DNA of 64,000 bases from Salpingoeca rosetta. Its lineage: Eukaryota > Protista > Choanoflagellata. Location of the stretch: the NCBI GenBank assembly GCA_033442325.1, contig JAWQFM010000035.1, forward strand, positions 529,096 through 593,095, given 5' to 3'. Each line of letters opens with the position of its first letter. Within the stretch, counting starts at the first letter, position 1. Position numbers and translations under genes: made by a program. Of the stretch, positions 47,374 to 59,715 are shown piece by piece. The notes under the pieces are model-generated. The model had not been told where the DNA came from. It worked only from the letters and a program-made list of their open reading frames with translations, and did not search any database.

Positions 47374-47900
47374 TGGGTGGGTGTGTGGGTGGGTGGGTGT
47401 GGGTGTGTGTGGGTGTGTGTGTGTGTGCATGAGAGGCCGAGTCGGCCTCATGGGACAGAGTGGGAAGCGGAACTTTGCTTTGTTGGAAGCGCGCGAGACT
47501 GTGTGTACTGTAAACAGTGCATGCACGGCAGCAGGCAAGACATGACAAACCAACGCACCTGTTTGTTGCTGTCGCTTTCGGCGGCTGTTGTTGTTTGCAG
47601 TTGCGGGAGCATTTGTAGCACGTTGCTTTGGGAGGAGCTGGTGCTCGTGGGGCCAGTGCTGCCATCATCCGTCAAGTCCTGCTCCATGACGAGTGCAGTG
47701 ACTGATGTGTGTGTGAGTGAGTGCCGTGTTGGGATCAAGGTCTTGTCGAACGATGTGTGTGTGTTTGTCTCGGTATCTAACCACCTCTTCTCCGAGAAAA
47801 GAGCAGACCCCGGCTTACGTGCCTACGACGATTGATCCAGGCCAGATTCGGATTTTACAGAACTTGGATGGCTTCCAAATTGTGCGGGAGTGTGGTGGTG

Positions 47901-47941
<41 letters not shown>

Positions 47942-48280
47942 GGGTGGGTGTGGGTGGGTGTGTAGGTGTGCATCGCAATACTGTGCACAAATACCGCATC
48001 ATGCGTCTCCTTGTCTACGCACACACTCGTATGCTCACAAACCCCAATCACATTGCATCGCGAGCAGGGGTTCTGCAAGGCCGCTCAGGCTGCCAAGGCG
48101 GATTCAATCAAGTCTGTGTACTACGCCAGCCAGCTCGGCCAATGGGTCCAGGGCTGTAAGGTGGGATGCAGTCGCCAGTTTTGTTTTGGCACTCTTTTGT
48201 TTGGATCCCCGTGACTTGTGGATTGTTTGAAGCACATCCCACACGCATACTAATGTGATCGATCACACTGTCGCCCGCAT

Positions 48281-48369
<89 letters not shown>

Positions 48370-48764
48370 CCACACACCAACACACGACACTCACCCACAC
48401 ACGACTCTCTCTCACCACACACACGCACACGCGCGCACACACACACACAGGTCAACGTGCAAGGCGGAAAGAAGGTGGTTGAGGATGTGCTTGCCAGTGC
48501 GGGCGATGCCATCAGCCTGCACCACGCCCTCGGCGCTGCCAAGTCTGTTGGCGTCAGCGTGAACACTGCCGACGTCCTTGCCAAGTTTGAGGCCATCGCC
48601 GATGGCGACTACAGCGCACGTGCCGCTGGCTACGTGCTGGACGCCGTGTCCTCCCTCGAGCTCACCCCTGGCGCCAAGGAGACGTTCAGCGACATGGCCG
48701 AGGCCCTTGCCGCACAGGCCGAGGTCTTTGGCAACTCTGCAAAGGTGTGGGTGTATTGTGCGTG

Positions 48765-48835
<71 letters not shown>

Positions 48836-50043
48836 GTGTGGGTATGGGGGGGAAGATAGGATAACAGAGACGAAATGCGATATGCGTGCGTGTGTGTGCA
48901 AGGGTGCTGGTGCTGCCCGCGCACTCGTCTGTGCATCACGCACACCCTGACCCTCGTTCGTCACAAACCGTGCCACTCCTCCTGCGTTTTGTGTCAGTTT
49001 GATGGCGGCATCACGGCAACGGCTGTTGTTGTGCGCGGCGTCTACGCGTTTGCCACTTCCATCGACACCAAGCCCGACATTGACGAGGTGCGTGGTGATG
49101 TCTATCTATGTTGAACAGTGCCCGTATTGCGTTCCACTGACTCGCTCAAACACTTCATCCCGCTGGTGCTCTCATGCCTGCATGCATTCACACTGGCGAC
49201 ATTGGTGATTGACACGGCACTGTGCAATGCACGAACCACTAACCATGCAATATGCCCTGCACTGTCGTGTTGCCTCTGTTTTGTTCTTGTTTTTGTTTTT
49301 GTTTGGGGCTGGCTGAGAGCAGAAGACGGTGCGCCAGCTTGTCAACTACTTTTCGTCCAGTCGCGACACCCACAACGTTGTGCACGCCGCTGCCGTCCTG
49401 CTTGGCCTCGGCACGTTTGCCTCAAACAAGTTCCACAACCCCATCGTCCTCACCCGCGGTACAATTTTCCTGTTTGCCGGGTTGTGTGTGGGTGTGTGTG
49501 TGTGGGTGGGTGTGGGTGGGTGTGTTGCATGTCCTAAGTCAATTGTGTACACATGTGTGGCTCACTTGTGTTGGACGACTGCCCTTCCTGGACTGTGATC
49601 CCTCACCTCACCTTACCCTCCTGTCTTGTGCGCTCCCCTATTGCTCGTTGTGCAGAGGTTGCCAGCGTGCACAGCAGCAGCCCCGTGTACAAGATTCACG
49701 TCACCAACGCAATTGGCCAGAATATCAAGGCCGAGGTTGGAGAGGAGTTGGAGGGGGGTCTTGCTGGTTCGGGTGTATGCGTGTTTGTGTTGTGGGTTTG
49801 GTTGTGTGCTAAGTTTGTTTCGTTCGTTGTTCGCTTGTTTGTTTCTTTTTGGTTTGCTTTCTTGGTTTGTTTTGTTGGTTGGGCATCCGCATGTTGTTGT
49901 TCACTGCCTCACGTGTGCAACTGCCACGTGTGTACCCCAATCAGGCGACGATCAAAGAGATCCGCAGTAGCTCCAAGTCAAAGGTCGGTTCCGACATTGC
50001 CCTCGCCGCCGCAACAGACAGGTCTGTGGACGTGCCTGCGTGT

Positions 50044-50100
<57 letters not shown>

Positions 50101-51946
50101 GGTGCGTGGGCAAATTCTTGTGTGTTCTCGAACGATAGCTGCAAGCGTCACTCATGCACATTTCTGCTTTGTTTTGTGGTTTTGTTTCGCGTTATGACGC
50201 GACGCTTTGTCACGCCCTCTTGTGCTTGGCGTGCTGTCGTCATCAGCACGGTGTACACTGCCAACCTCGCCTCCCTCAAGCTTCCCCGTGGCATCTACAC
50301 CGTCAAGGTCTCCGCATCGTAAGTCTTTCCCAAATGATGTGTGCGTGTGTGTGTGTTTGTGAATTCTGCGGCAGCTGTATGATGCACTCCTTATGTTGCA
50401 GCAACACCTCAACAAGCCGCCACTCACCACCCCATCAACGAACGCTTTCTCCTTTACTCCGCCACCACCACCACCTTCTCTTCTGCTTCCTTTGTACTCG
50501 TGCAGTGGTGCTGGTGCGCTGAGCGCATCCCTCGAGCAGTCGCTCGCCGTCACTGCCGCTGCCACCGTCTCCGACATGACAATTTCCGTTCTTGACGGCT
50601 CCGTCGTCGCAGAGAGCGAGACGTACGTTGTGTGTGTGTGTGTGTGTCTGTGTGTGTGTGTGTGTGCGTGTGCGTGTGTGTGTGTCTGTCTGCCTGCCTG
50701 TCTGTCTGCCTGCCTGTCTGTGTCTGTGTGTATGTGTGTCTTTTGCACGTGTGGCCACCCTGCGTTAACACATGTGCATGTGTCTGCCCCTCCACAACAA
50801 AACCAAGTTCACACCTCACATCACCACCGCCGTTGTGGCTTCCTCGTGACCTCACATTCGTCATTGGTCCCTTCTCCTTCCCCTCACCCCCCCCCGGCCT
50901 TTTCAGCGTGTCGCACCCGAAGAAGCTGAGCAAGGCGCTGGCTGCCGACGACTCGCAGGCGCTGCGCGTGTCCTTTGCTGTCAAGGACGATACGGGTGCA
51001 GACGTGACCCCGCACCAGGCCGTTGTCCGCCTCACCCACGCCGCCACCGGCGCAGAGGTCCAGTTCCAGGCAACGCGCAGCGGCAAGGCCTTTGTCTTTG
51101 ACCTGGTGCGAACCCCTGTGTGTGTGTGCTTGTGTGTGTGTGTGTGTGTGTGTGTGCATGTCTGTTTCTGTGGTTGACTGTGGAAGGAACCATGTTGGTT
51201 TAGTTTGACGTGCGTACGCATTTCATTTTCTCATTCTTGTCTCTGTGTGTGCACCTGTTAGGATCTTGCTGATGATGGCGAGGATGTCCTTGGTTCCCTC
51301 AGCGGCGACTACAAGCTGGTCAGTGTCTCGCTGTTGTGTTACGCGCGCTCTTATTCAAGGGTTGCTTTTGCCTCAAGTCTCAACCATACACACACATACT
51401 CACGCACTCACGCACTCACGCACTCACGCACGTGCACACGTCTCCTCGTCCAACTTCTTCTTCCTTCCCACCTCACCTGCTGCCATCTGCGCGGTTGCTG
51501 CGAGCAGTCTGTTGTCGTTGGCGACGTGACAATCTCGCCGGCGATTGTGTGGGACCTCGGTGCAGTGACCATCACCTTCCACAAAACTGCACCGCCAGCC
51601 AAGCAGCCCTCACGCTTCGACCCAAAGCCAGAGATTAAGGTGTGCCACTCCGCCTTGTGTTTGGTTGTTTGTTTGGTTGTTTGGCTTCGTGATCCTTGGG
51701 TCCCAAGCGTGGTCCGCGCAAGTGCGTGCATGCTGCATTGGATTTCATGTCTGTGCCTCACCTTTGTTCTCGTGCATGTACATGTGTCTGCAGCATCTGT
51801 TCCGCGAGCCAGAGTCTCGCCCGCCCGTGATTGTGTCGTTTGTCTTCACAGCCATTGTCGTCGCCCCAATTCTCGTCCTCCTCGTCCTGGTGAGCATGAT
51901 GATTATGTACTTTGCTCATGTTTCGTGCGTGCGTGCGCCTTTTTTA

Positions 51947-52013
<67 letters not shown>

Positions 52014-52613
52014 GTTGGTCAGTGGCCTCACTGCAATGCGCCTCGCTTCTGTTGGATTGCTCTTCAGTGGGCCGGTGTTGGCGCCAACATCTCCTACTTC
52101 CCCTGGTCAAACATCAACGCTTTCCTCTTCCACGGATCGCTCGGAGGTATGTATGTGTGTGGTTGTAGCTGCGTTTGCTCTCGATAAACCCCCGTCCTGG
52201 CAGGCTTGCTGCGCTTTGTTGTAGGGCGCCACTCACTGTGTTTCCGTTTCGCCCGCCTCGCCATTGCGTCCTGCTCTCCGATCATCGCCAGCCATTCTGC
52301 TCCTCTACGTGACCTTCTGGCTGCAGCTGGTACGGCGCCTCGGCTCGTGTTCCCTTTGTACCATGCATACATGCGTGCTAGTGGTTTGCATCTCAACTGT
52401 GCGTGCTCTTTGCAACCACCACCACCGCTCACCACCTCTCCCTTTCTCTGTGCGTCTGCCTGTAACAGAACATCTTTGAGTGCCTGATGTACCTGACGCC
52501 GCTGTCGGCGCTCCTTGTCTTCTCCGGCCGCAATTTGCTCCGCAAGCTTGCCAATGATGTGCGTCGTGCACGATTGCTTTTGTGTGTGTGTGTGTGCGTT
52601 TGTGTGTTTGTGG

Positions 52614-52677
<64 letters not shown>

Positions 52678-52826
52678 GCCCGTGTGCGTGTGCGTGTTTG
52701 TATGTCATCATCGTTGGAATTGCGCTTGTATGGTTCATTGTTTTTCTATGCTCCGCTCACCGCTGGTGTGTTGTGACTGTGTGCTTGGTTCTGCTCGCCT
52801 CAACACAGCGCGTGAAACGGGAGTAA
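46914..52826 (+). CDS. RPN2: Oligosaccharyltransferase subunit ribophorin II (Swp1)
   Basis: Signal peptide, [21 protein letters not shown]|[11 protein letters not shown], three C-terminal TM segments (FHGSLG, FWLQLNIF), ending RVKRE*. Confidence 0.92.
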
Positions 52827-52884
52827 GACCAGCCAGAGTAGAACGGGCAATGACCACAGACAAGGACCTGCTGGATGTGTTCTC

Positions 52885-52923
<39 letters not shown>

Positions 52924-53100
52924 ATTGTACTCTTGTCTCGCATGCTTGTTTGCTTGCTTGTGCACCGTTCCCGCCACAACAATACAACCACAACCGAGCA
53001 ACCGTGCAACTGTGAACATTCAATGTAAGCAAGCCGAGTGACTGACATTCTTTCGATTGAGGTTTATGTATCTCAAAATTTCTCATCCCACCAAGCAATC

Positions 53101-53172
53101 AGCGATTTAGCTCAGCGGAAGAGCGTGGGTCTCATAATCCCAAGGTCGGCGGATCGAAACCGCCAATCGCTA
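53101..53172 (+). tRNA. tRNA-Met(CAT), initiator-like
   Basis: Cloverleaf AGCGATT/AATCGCT with anticodon loop CTCATAA, A1:U72 and T-loop ATCGAAA (A54/A60), followed by a poly-T Pol III terminator. Confidence 0.93.
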
Positions 53173-53501
53173 CTGTAAAGCTCTTGAATTTTTTTTTTTC
53201 CGTCTGATGACAGTGACATTGTAAGAGTGGCGCATCTTCTCTCAGATGCTTCTTTATATTGTCACAACACACACGCGCACACGCACACGCACACATCCAC
53301 ACACACACTTCACTGTTGCTTCAGTAACTTGTACCGCGCTGCTTGAATCGACACACGAGAGGCAAACAAACAGACATACTTACTCGGTAACCAAGCAGCA
53401 GGCCGAGCACAGACAATGGAACCAGAAAGAGACAAGCTAACAAGCACCAACCAGAGTCAGCAACCCACTGGCAGGAAAAGTAGAAAGACCAAGGTCAAGG
53501 A

Positions 53502-53509
<8 letters not shown>

Positions 53510-53539
<30 letters not shown>

Positions 53540-53661
53540 ACAGCAGCAGCAGCAACAACAACAACAACAACAACAACTTAAACAACAACAACAACAACTT
53601 AAACAACAACAAAAACAACAACAACAACTTAAACAACAACAACAACACAACATCAACAACT

Positions 53662-53707
<46 letters not shown>

Positions 53708-53800
53708 CTTAAACAACAACAACAACAACAACAACAACTTAAACAACAACAACAACTTAAACAATAACAACAACAACAACAACAACAACTTAAACAACAA
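53510..53800. repeat. (AAC)n array periodically interrupted by TTA (unit ~ (AAC)n-TTA)
   Basis: aacaacaacttaaacaacaac recurs about 8 times. Confidence 0.85.
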
Positions 53801-53969
53801 CTGCACACACTATCTGCCTGTAACTTCATGCAGAGGCAACAGCAAAAACCAGCCTGGTGTGCATGCGTGCATCCATGTCGAGGCTTCTCCCAGAAGGCAA
53901 AGAGACACTTCCACGGCCCCACAGCCAACCGCAGCAGCAGCAGCAGCACCGCCACCACCACCACCACCA

Positions 53970-55211
53970 CTAGCAGCCGGGGTCGATGACAAGCAGGTCG
54001 GATGCTACGTAGGGGATGCCGTAGATGAGGCCGTTGTTGGCGAGGACACCGTCTTGCCACTTGTCCAGAGACTCTGACACGGGGAGAGATGTGATGTCGA
54101 TCGTGTTGGTGGCCGTGTCGATGACCAACACAACCGGTGCGTTGCTGGGAATGGCGTAGATGCGCCCATTGTGGGCCAGCACGCCGCCCCGCCACTGGTA
54201 GTCGTCGCCAGGGGGATCACTGTTGATGGTGGTGGTGTCTATTGTGTTGGTGGCTGGGTCGAAGATGAGGACGGACGAGGATTTGAAGGGAATGCCATAG
54301 ATGAGACCGTTGTCTGCAAGGACAGCACCAAGCCACTTGCGCACCCCCGGCATGCCAACCAACGCGGTCCTCGTGTCGGTGGTGTTGTTCACAGGGTCGA
54401 TGATGAGCACCGAATCAGCTTGGTTTGGCACACCGTAGATGAGGCCGTTGCTTGCTTGCACCACACCACGCCACTTAAACATGCCTGGTGCAGACGCGGG
54501 TATGGCCGTGGTGTCCGTGGCGTTGGTCGCTGGGTCGATGATGAGGACAGATGCCGCGGACCACGGAACGGCGTAGATGAGGCCGTTGTCGGCGGCGACG
54601 CCGCTGATCCACTTGTTCCCAGTTGATGGCAGCCCGCCAAGGCTGGTCGCATCCACGGCGTTTGTCGATGGGTCAATGATGAGCACGGTCTCCGCGTCAA
54701 AGGGGAACCCGAAGATCAACCCGTTGTCTGCGAGCACGCCGCCTGCCCAATCGCCGCTTCCGCTGCTTCCGTCGAAGCCGCTGATGGTCGTGGTGTCGGT
54801 GGTGTTTGCCGCTGGGTCAATGATCAGCACAGAGTCTGACGCGAATGGCATGCAGTAGATGCGGCCGTTGTTTGCCAGCACGCCACCGATCCAATCACCG
54901 ACCCCTGCCCCAACACCAGAGATGACACTTGTGGCTGGTGAGAGGCGCCGACAAAGCGCTTCCTGGTGCCGTTGGTCCTGTGCTCGCAGTTCCTCATTCA
55001 CACGCTGTTGCTCCTCAAGCATGATCGCCTGCTGCTGCACGACGTCAAACATCTTCCCCACGTCCACCCCGTTCACAAACACGGGCTGCTCTGCCGGGTT
55101 GCTGGTGTTGATGTGCAGCGCACCGTGCTCGTCGTGCTCGATCACCACCTCCGCCACGCAGCAGGGTGCAAAGAAGAGGAGCATGGTGGTAACGGTGACG
55201 AGAACAGCCAT
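53970..55211 (-). CDS. Intronless secreted 7-bladed beta-propeller protein, paralog of 17057-18331
   Basis: MAVLVTVTTMLLFFAPCCVA|EVVIEHDEHGALHINT..PVFVNGVDV, coiled coil and LC, seven WxGGVLAxNGxIY repeats, C-terminal DPGC. Confidence 0.85.
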   Translation of the reverse strand: MAVLVTVTTMLLFFAPCCVAEVVIEHDEHGALHINTSNPAEQPVFVNGVDVGKMFDVVQQQAIMLEEQQRVNEELRAQDQRHQEALCRRLSPATSVISGVGAGVGDWIGGVLANNGRIYCMPFASDSVLIIDPAANTTDTTTISGFDGSSGSGDWAGGVLADNGLIFGFPFDAETVLIIDPSTNAVDATSLGGLPSTGNKWISGVAADNGLIYAVPWSAASVLIIDPATNATDTTAIPASAPGMFKWRGVVQASNGLIYGVPNQADSVLIIDPVNNTTDTRTALVGMPGVRKWLGAVLADNGLIYGIPFKSSSVLIFDPATNTIDTTTINSDPPGDDYQWRGGVLAHNGRIYAIPSNAPVVLVIDTATNTIDITSLPVSESLDKWQDGVLANNGLIYGIPYVASDLLVIDPGC

Positions 55212-55749
55212 GGCTGCTGCTGCTGCGCCTGTACCTGTCGGTGCTCCGGCTGTGCTGTGCTGTGCTGTGCTCTGCCGCGGATGGATGGAGGGTAGAAGTT
55301 GTTGTGGTTGGTGTGTTCTCTGATTCTGTTGGTTGTTTCTTGTTTGCATGTGGGTGTAAAGGACGGAAGCCTTTTGGAAATCTTCCATTGGTTTTCGCTG
55401 GAACACGCAGCGTGACGAGGCAGAGGTGACAGGATGGATGGATGGTATTGGGGCGCTGCAGTGCAGTGGATGGATGGAGAGCATGCGATGGAGCAAGGGG
55501 GAGGAAGGGTGCTAGGGAGAGAGTGTCATGCTCATGCATGTGTGCCTGTATGTGCGCCTGTAGCTTGTGTGTGTAAAGCTTGTGTCGTGTCGTCAGACAT
55601 CAAACAGAAACAGAACACTTGGGGGTCTGCGTGTTTCGCTGCCTGCTGTGAGCGAGTGAGCTGCCCTGTTGCTTGTGACGTCACAGCAGAGCTCGAGTTA
55701 CAGTGCCTTCAAGTGTCGTAGCTGAGCTGTGCACGTCAAGCAATACGAC

Positions 55750-55821
55750 AGCGATTTAGCTCAGCGGAAGAGCGTGGGTCTCATAATCCCAAGGTCGGCG
55801 GATCGAAACCGCCAATCGCTA
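55750..55821 (+). tRNA. tRNA-Met(CAT), identical second copy
   Basis: All 72 nt are identical to 53101-53172, and a poly-T terminator follows. Confidence 0.93.
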
Positions 55822-56113
55822 CTGCAAAGCACTTTCTTTCTTTTTTTTTTTGTTTCGTCTGATGACAGTGACAGTGGTCCGTGGATCTCTCTCATGCTTC
55901 TTGATATGTAGTCACACACACATGTTCACGTTGTGGTTCGTATTGTGTATTTGAGTAGGTCACGTAACACAAAGCACATGCTTTCAGAACATAACGCTGT
56001 CGCCCTCTCCCTTGCAAGCACTGTACCATTACCACCACCACCACCCCCACCCCCACGCAGAGCCACACAGTATCCCTCGCCTTCCTTATCTCCCTCCCCC
56101 CCACACACAGGGC

Positions 56114-57142
56114 CTACTTGTTGGTAACGTCATCGTCGTCGTCAGCGGCGTTGTCGTCATCATCGCCGCCATCATCGTCGTCATCGCTCTCCCGCTCTGC
56201 TCTGGTGCGCACGAGCAGGCCAAGCTCCCTCTCCACCTCCGCCACATCGCACGCAAAGTTGTGTTGCCGCAGCAAGTGCACGAGCGCCTCGTTGTACTCC
56301 TCATAAAACTCGGTCAGCAGCCGTTGCGTTCGCTCCTCCATGGGCGGGTGCCCCGCGGTCTTGCTGCCGCGGTGGATGGTGTCGCCAGCCTTGAGTCGCT
56401 GCTTGAACTTGCCTGCAAGCTTGGCGGGCGGGCCAATGAACTTGGCCAGGCGTTGCGTCATGTCCAGGGGCTCCGTGTGCATGTGCGTGGTGGTGGTGAT
56501 GAAGATCTGCTCTGGCTTCCACCCGGCGCACAGGAAGTTCTTGAGCTGGTCTGCGTACATGCCGCGAAGCAGGATGCCCTCGTGCAGCCAGTACGAATAG
56601 CCGTTGTCGTTTGTCGTCTTGCTGGCGTTGTTGTTGAGCGGGATGATGAAGCGCTCGTACCAGGGGCGCCCGTCCGCCACATTCTCCTCCACGCACTTGC
56701 GCAGCGCCTCGTATTGGTACTCGGCAGGGTGGCAGTGCTGCTCGTTGACGAACATGAGGCCATCGATGTAGCACTTGCGAATCACGTCCACCTCTGCCGC
56801 CACCAGGTCGTGGAAGTCCTTTGGGTCCACCTTCTCGTCCAGCTGAAAGAAGCCCGAGTAAGCGCGGGGGACAGGGTTGCGCAGCACAGCGATGAGCCGC
56901 ACACCATCCTTCTTCGGCCGCAGCACCTCCATCATGCGATATGCCACACGCCGGTCATACATGTACCTGTGCGTGTGTGTGTGTGTGATGGAAAAAGTGC
57001 GAGGCGGAGCAGAGGCTTGAGTGTGTGATGAGGGGAAAGGCGAGGCGCCATGCAAGACTCACATAGCTATGTGAATGGTTCTTCCTTTCCCACACAAATG
57101 TAAACACACCCACACGCACGCACGCACGCACCCACACACAGA

Positions 57143-57180
<38 letters not shown>

Positions 57181-57593
57181 CACACACACACACAGACACA
57201 CAGACACACACACACACATACACGCGTGCAATATACACCCCAGGAGACTTTCGCATCCAACCACATCATGCACGTACACAGGAGTTATTTCCATGGGCAG
57301 CCATCCATCTGCAAAAGGCTGTGGGCCCCATCGGTCATGATACACTTGCAGCGCCTTCTTCAAGCCCTGCTCGCGATCTGCCTCAATCTCGTCCTTGAGC
57401 AACACGTAGTTTCGGTCAAAGAAATGCATTTCTGTGTGCGCACGCGACGTGGCAAGTGGCATTGGTGAGGGTTGACGCGCACTGTGAGAAGGCAATGCAG
57501 GAACGAACGTCGAGCCAAACAGAATGCTTGGTGGTGTTGGTGGTGCTGTCACCACACGGCCACATACGCACGCACGCACACGCACACGCACGC

Positions 57594-57677
<84 letters not shown>

Positions 57678-58166
57678 TTGCGCATCTTCACGACACCGTC
57701 CAGCTTGTTGAGGAACCCTGCCAACGAGCTTGTGCCACTCTTTTGCACGCCAATCTACCACCACAGCGATACTTGCAGGTGAGATCTTCTGCATGCACTA
57801 TGCACCAGTACGAAGCGTGCATGCACCCAACGCGCACGCTATCACATGATCGAGCATGTTTGACTCGCAAACAGAAACACAAACAGACAGACAGACAGGC
57901 ACACAAACAGACAGACAGACAGACACACACACACACACACTCATGTAGACACACACACACACACAGACATAGACACACACACACACCCCGATGACGAATC
58001 CTGACTGGTCCTCTGGATGGGAGCACTCCGAAGGGTGCTTGTTACAGTAGGCGACGTTGGCCTTCACCTTGCTGCCAGCCAGAACCTCATCTGCACCCAC
58101 GCAGAGCAGCAGCGCAACCACCGCTGCCGCTACAGCCATTGTCACACCACAACCACCAGCCATCAT
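56114..58166 (-). CDS. Secretory-pathway PAPS-dependent sulfotransferase (heparan sulfate 3-O-sulfotransferase-like)
   Basis: Hydrophobic N-terminus, GFVIG|[11 protein letters not shown] (5'-PSB loop), K|EMHFFD, EITP.YM and [14 protein letters not shown] (3'-PB), GMYADQL, and an acidic C-terminus. Confidence 0.88.
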
Positions 58167-58343
58167 CCCCTGCTGCCGTTTTTTGCGCAACCGAAGTCAA
58201 TTGTAATTTATGGTGTCTGCCACGGCAAACATGTTCTACAGTTTATGATGTCGCATCACAATTTCTTGCACCCCACCCAGCAGCTGCACAACCGACCCTC
58301 ACATCAACACCCACCATCACACCGATCACATCACCAGCCAGGG

Positions 58344-59264
58344 ATGTCTTCTGGGCTTGTGTTTGAGGAGTTTTTGGCGCTGAGCACGGGGCGGCTGCTG
58401 CCGCGGCTGGCGTTTGGCACAGGGACGCAGTGGTTTCGCACAAAGGACGGGTCCAGCAGCCGCGAGTCTGCGCAGGTGAAGCTGAGCGGCGCGCTGCACG
58501 CGGCACTGGACGCGGGCTTCCGGCACATTGACGAGGCAGAGATGTACGGCACGGAGGAGTTAACGGGCGAGGCCTTGGAGGCGTGGATGACCAAGCACCC
58601 GCACGTCAAGCGCGAAGACCTGTTCATTACCTCCAAGATCTGGCGCGGCCTGCCCAACGTGCGCAAGACGGTTGAAACGACGCTGCGCAACCTGCGCACC
58701 CCGTACGTGGACCTGTACCTGGTGCATGCGCCCTTCATCAAGCAGAACGACATCGACGCCGACCTGCGCACGGCATGGAAGGAGCTGGAGGCGCTCAAGG
58801 AGGAGGGCCTGATCAAGGACATTGGCGTGAGCAACTTCCACGTGGTGCACCTCAAGGAGCTGCTCTCCTTCTGCAAGCACGCGCCCGTCGTGAACCAGAT
58901 TGAGTGCCACCCACACCTGCTGCAGCCAGACTTGATGGCCTTTTGCCAGGAGCAGAACATTGTGGTGTCCTCGTACGCGCCCCTGGCCTCCTTTGGGCAG
59001 AGGCACGAGCCCACGCTGGCGCTTGTGCAGGAGATTGCGGCCAAGCACAACCTCACGCCCGGGCAGGTACTGTTGCAGTGGAACCTGGCGCAGGGCACGG
59101 CCGTCATCACCACGTCGTCCAAGCTGGACCACATCAAGGAGAGCGCGGGCGTCCTGAGCGGCGCCACCATCACGCAGGAGGATGTGGACGCCATCACCAA
59201 GACGGCGGGCGAGCACAGGCACCGCATCTTCTGGCAAGAGTCATTCGCAGCCCTCAACCTCTGA
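58344..59264 (+). CDS. Aldo-keto reductase, intronless
   Basis: AFGTGTQW, GFRHIDEAEMY (D,Y), LFITSKIW (K), DLYLVHAP (H), IGVSNF and NQIECHP. Confidence 0.95.
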   Translation: MSSGLVFEEFLALSTGRLLPRLAFGTGTQWFRTKDGSSSRESAQVKLSGALHAALDAGFRHIDEAEMYGTEELTGEALEAWMTKHPHVKREDLFITSKIWRGLPNVRKTVETTLRNLRTPYVDLYLVHAPFIKQNDIDADLRTAWKELEALKEEGLIKDIGVSNFHVVHLKELLSFCKHAPVVNQIECHPHLLQPDLMAFCQEQNIVVSSYAPLASFGQRHEPTLALVQEIAAKHNLTPGQVLLQWNLAQGTAVITTSSKLDHIKESAGVLSGATITQEDVDAITKTAGEHRHRIFWQESFAALNL

Positions 59265-59356
59265 GGTGTGAGGAGAGAGAGGCAGGACAGGGGGGGGGGG
59301 GTCAATGTGACGTGTTTCCTGCATGGTACTGCCGACCCCCATCCTTCCATGCCTCA

Positions 59357-59472
<116 letters not shown>

Positions 59473-59715
59473 CGCCACCCCTCAAGCCAAGCACAAGCTG
59501 AACCACAAGCTTTCAAATCACAAGCAAGCCACAAGCAAGTCATCTTGATGAGTCAGCAAAGGGAAGGATTGGTGTTTGTTTGGATTTCTCCACGCAACAC
59601 GAACCAAGAAGATCAACAAGCAAGCAAGCAACAAGCAAGACAGCACCCATCAACTTCCATCACATCACAGCACAGCACGCAGCCCACCACACCAACAGAC
59701 CAGCACAGACAGACG

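Noticed and set aside
47660-47830. RNase P/MRP-like motifs (AAGTCC ... CCCGGCTTA)
   Set aside because: The P4 pairing is incomplete and the GGAAAGUC context is missing.
53570-53800. CRISPR-like or telomeric array
   Set aside because: There are no unique spacers, no cas genes and no TTAGGG. It is a compound microsatellite.
58331-59350. Long antisense ORFs over the AKR (and 56012-57028 over the sulfotransferase)
   Set aside because: These are shadows expected from GC-rich codon usage. The opposite strands carry the complete family motifs.
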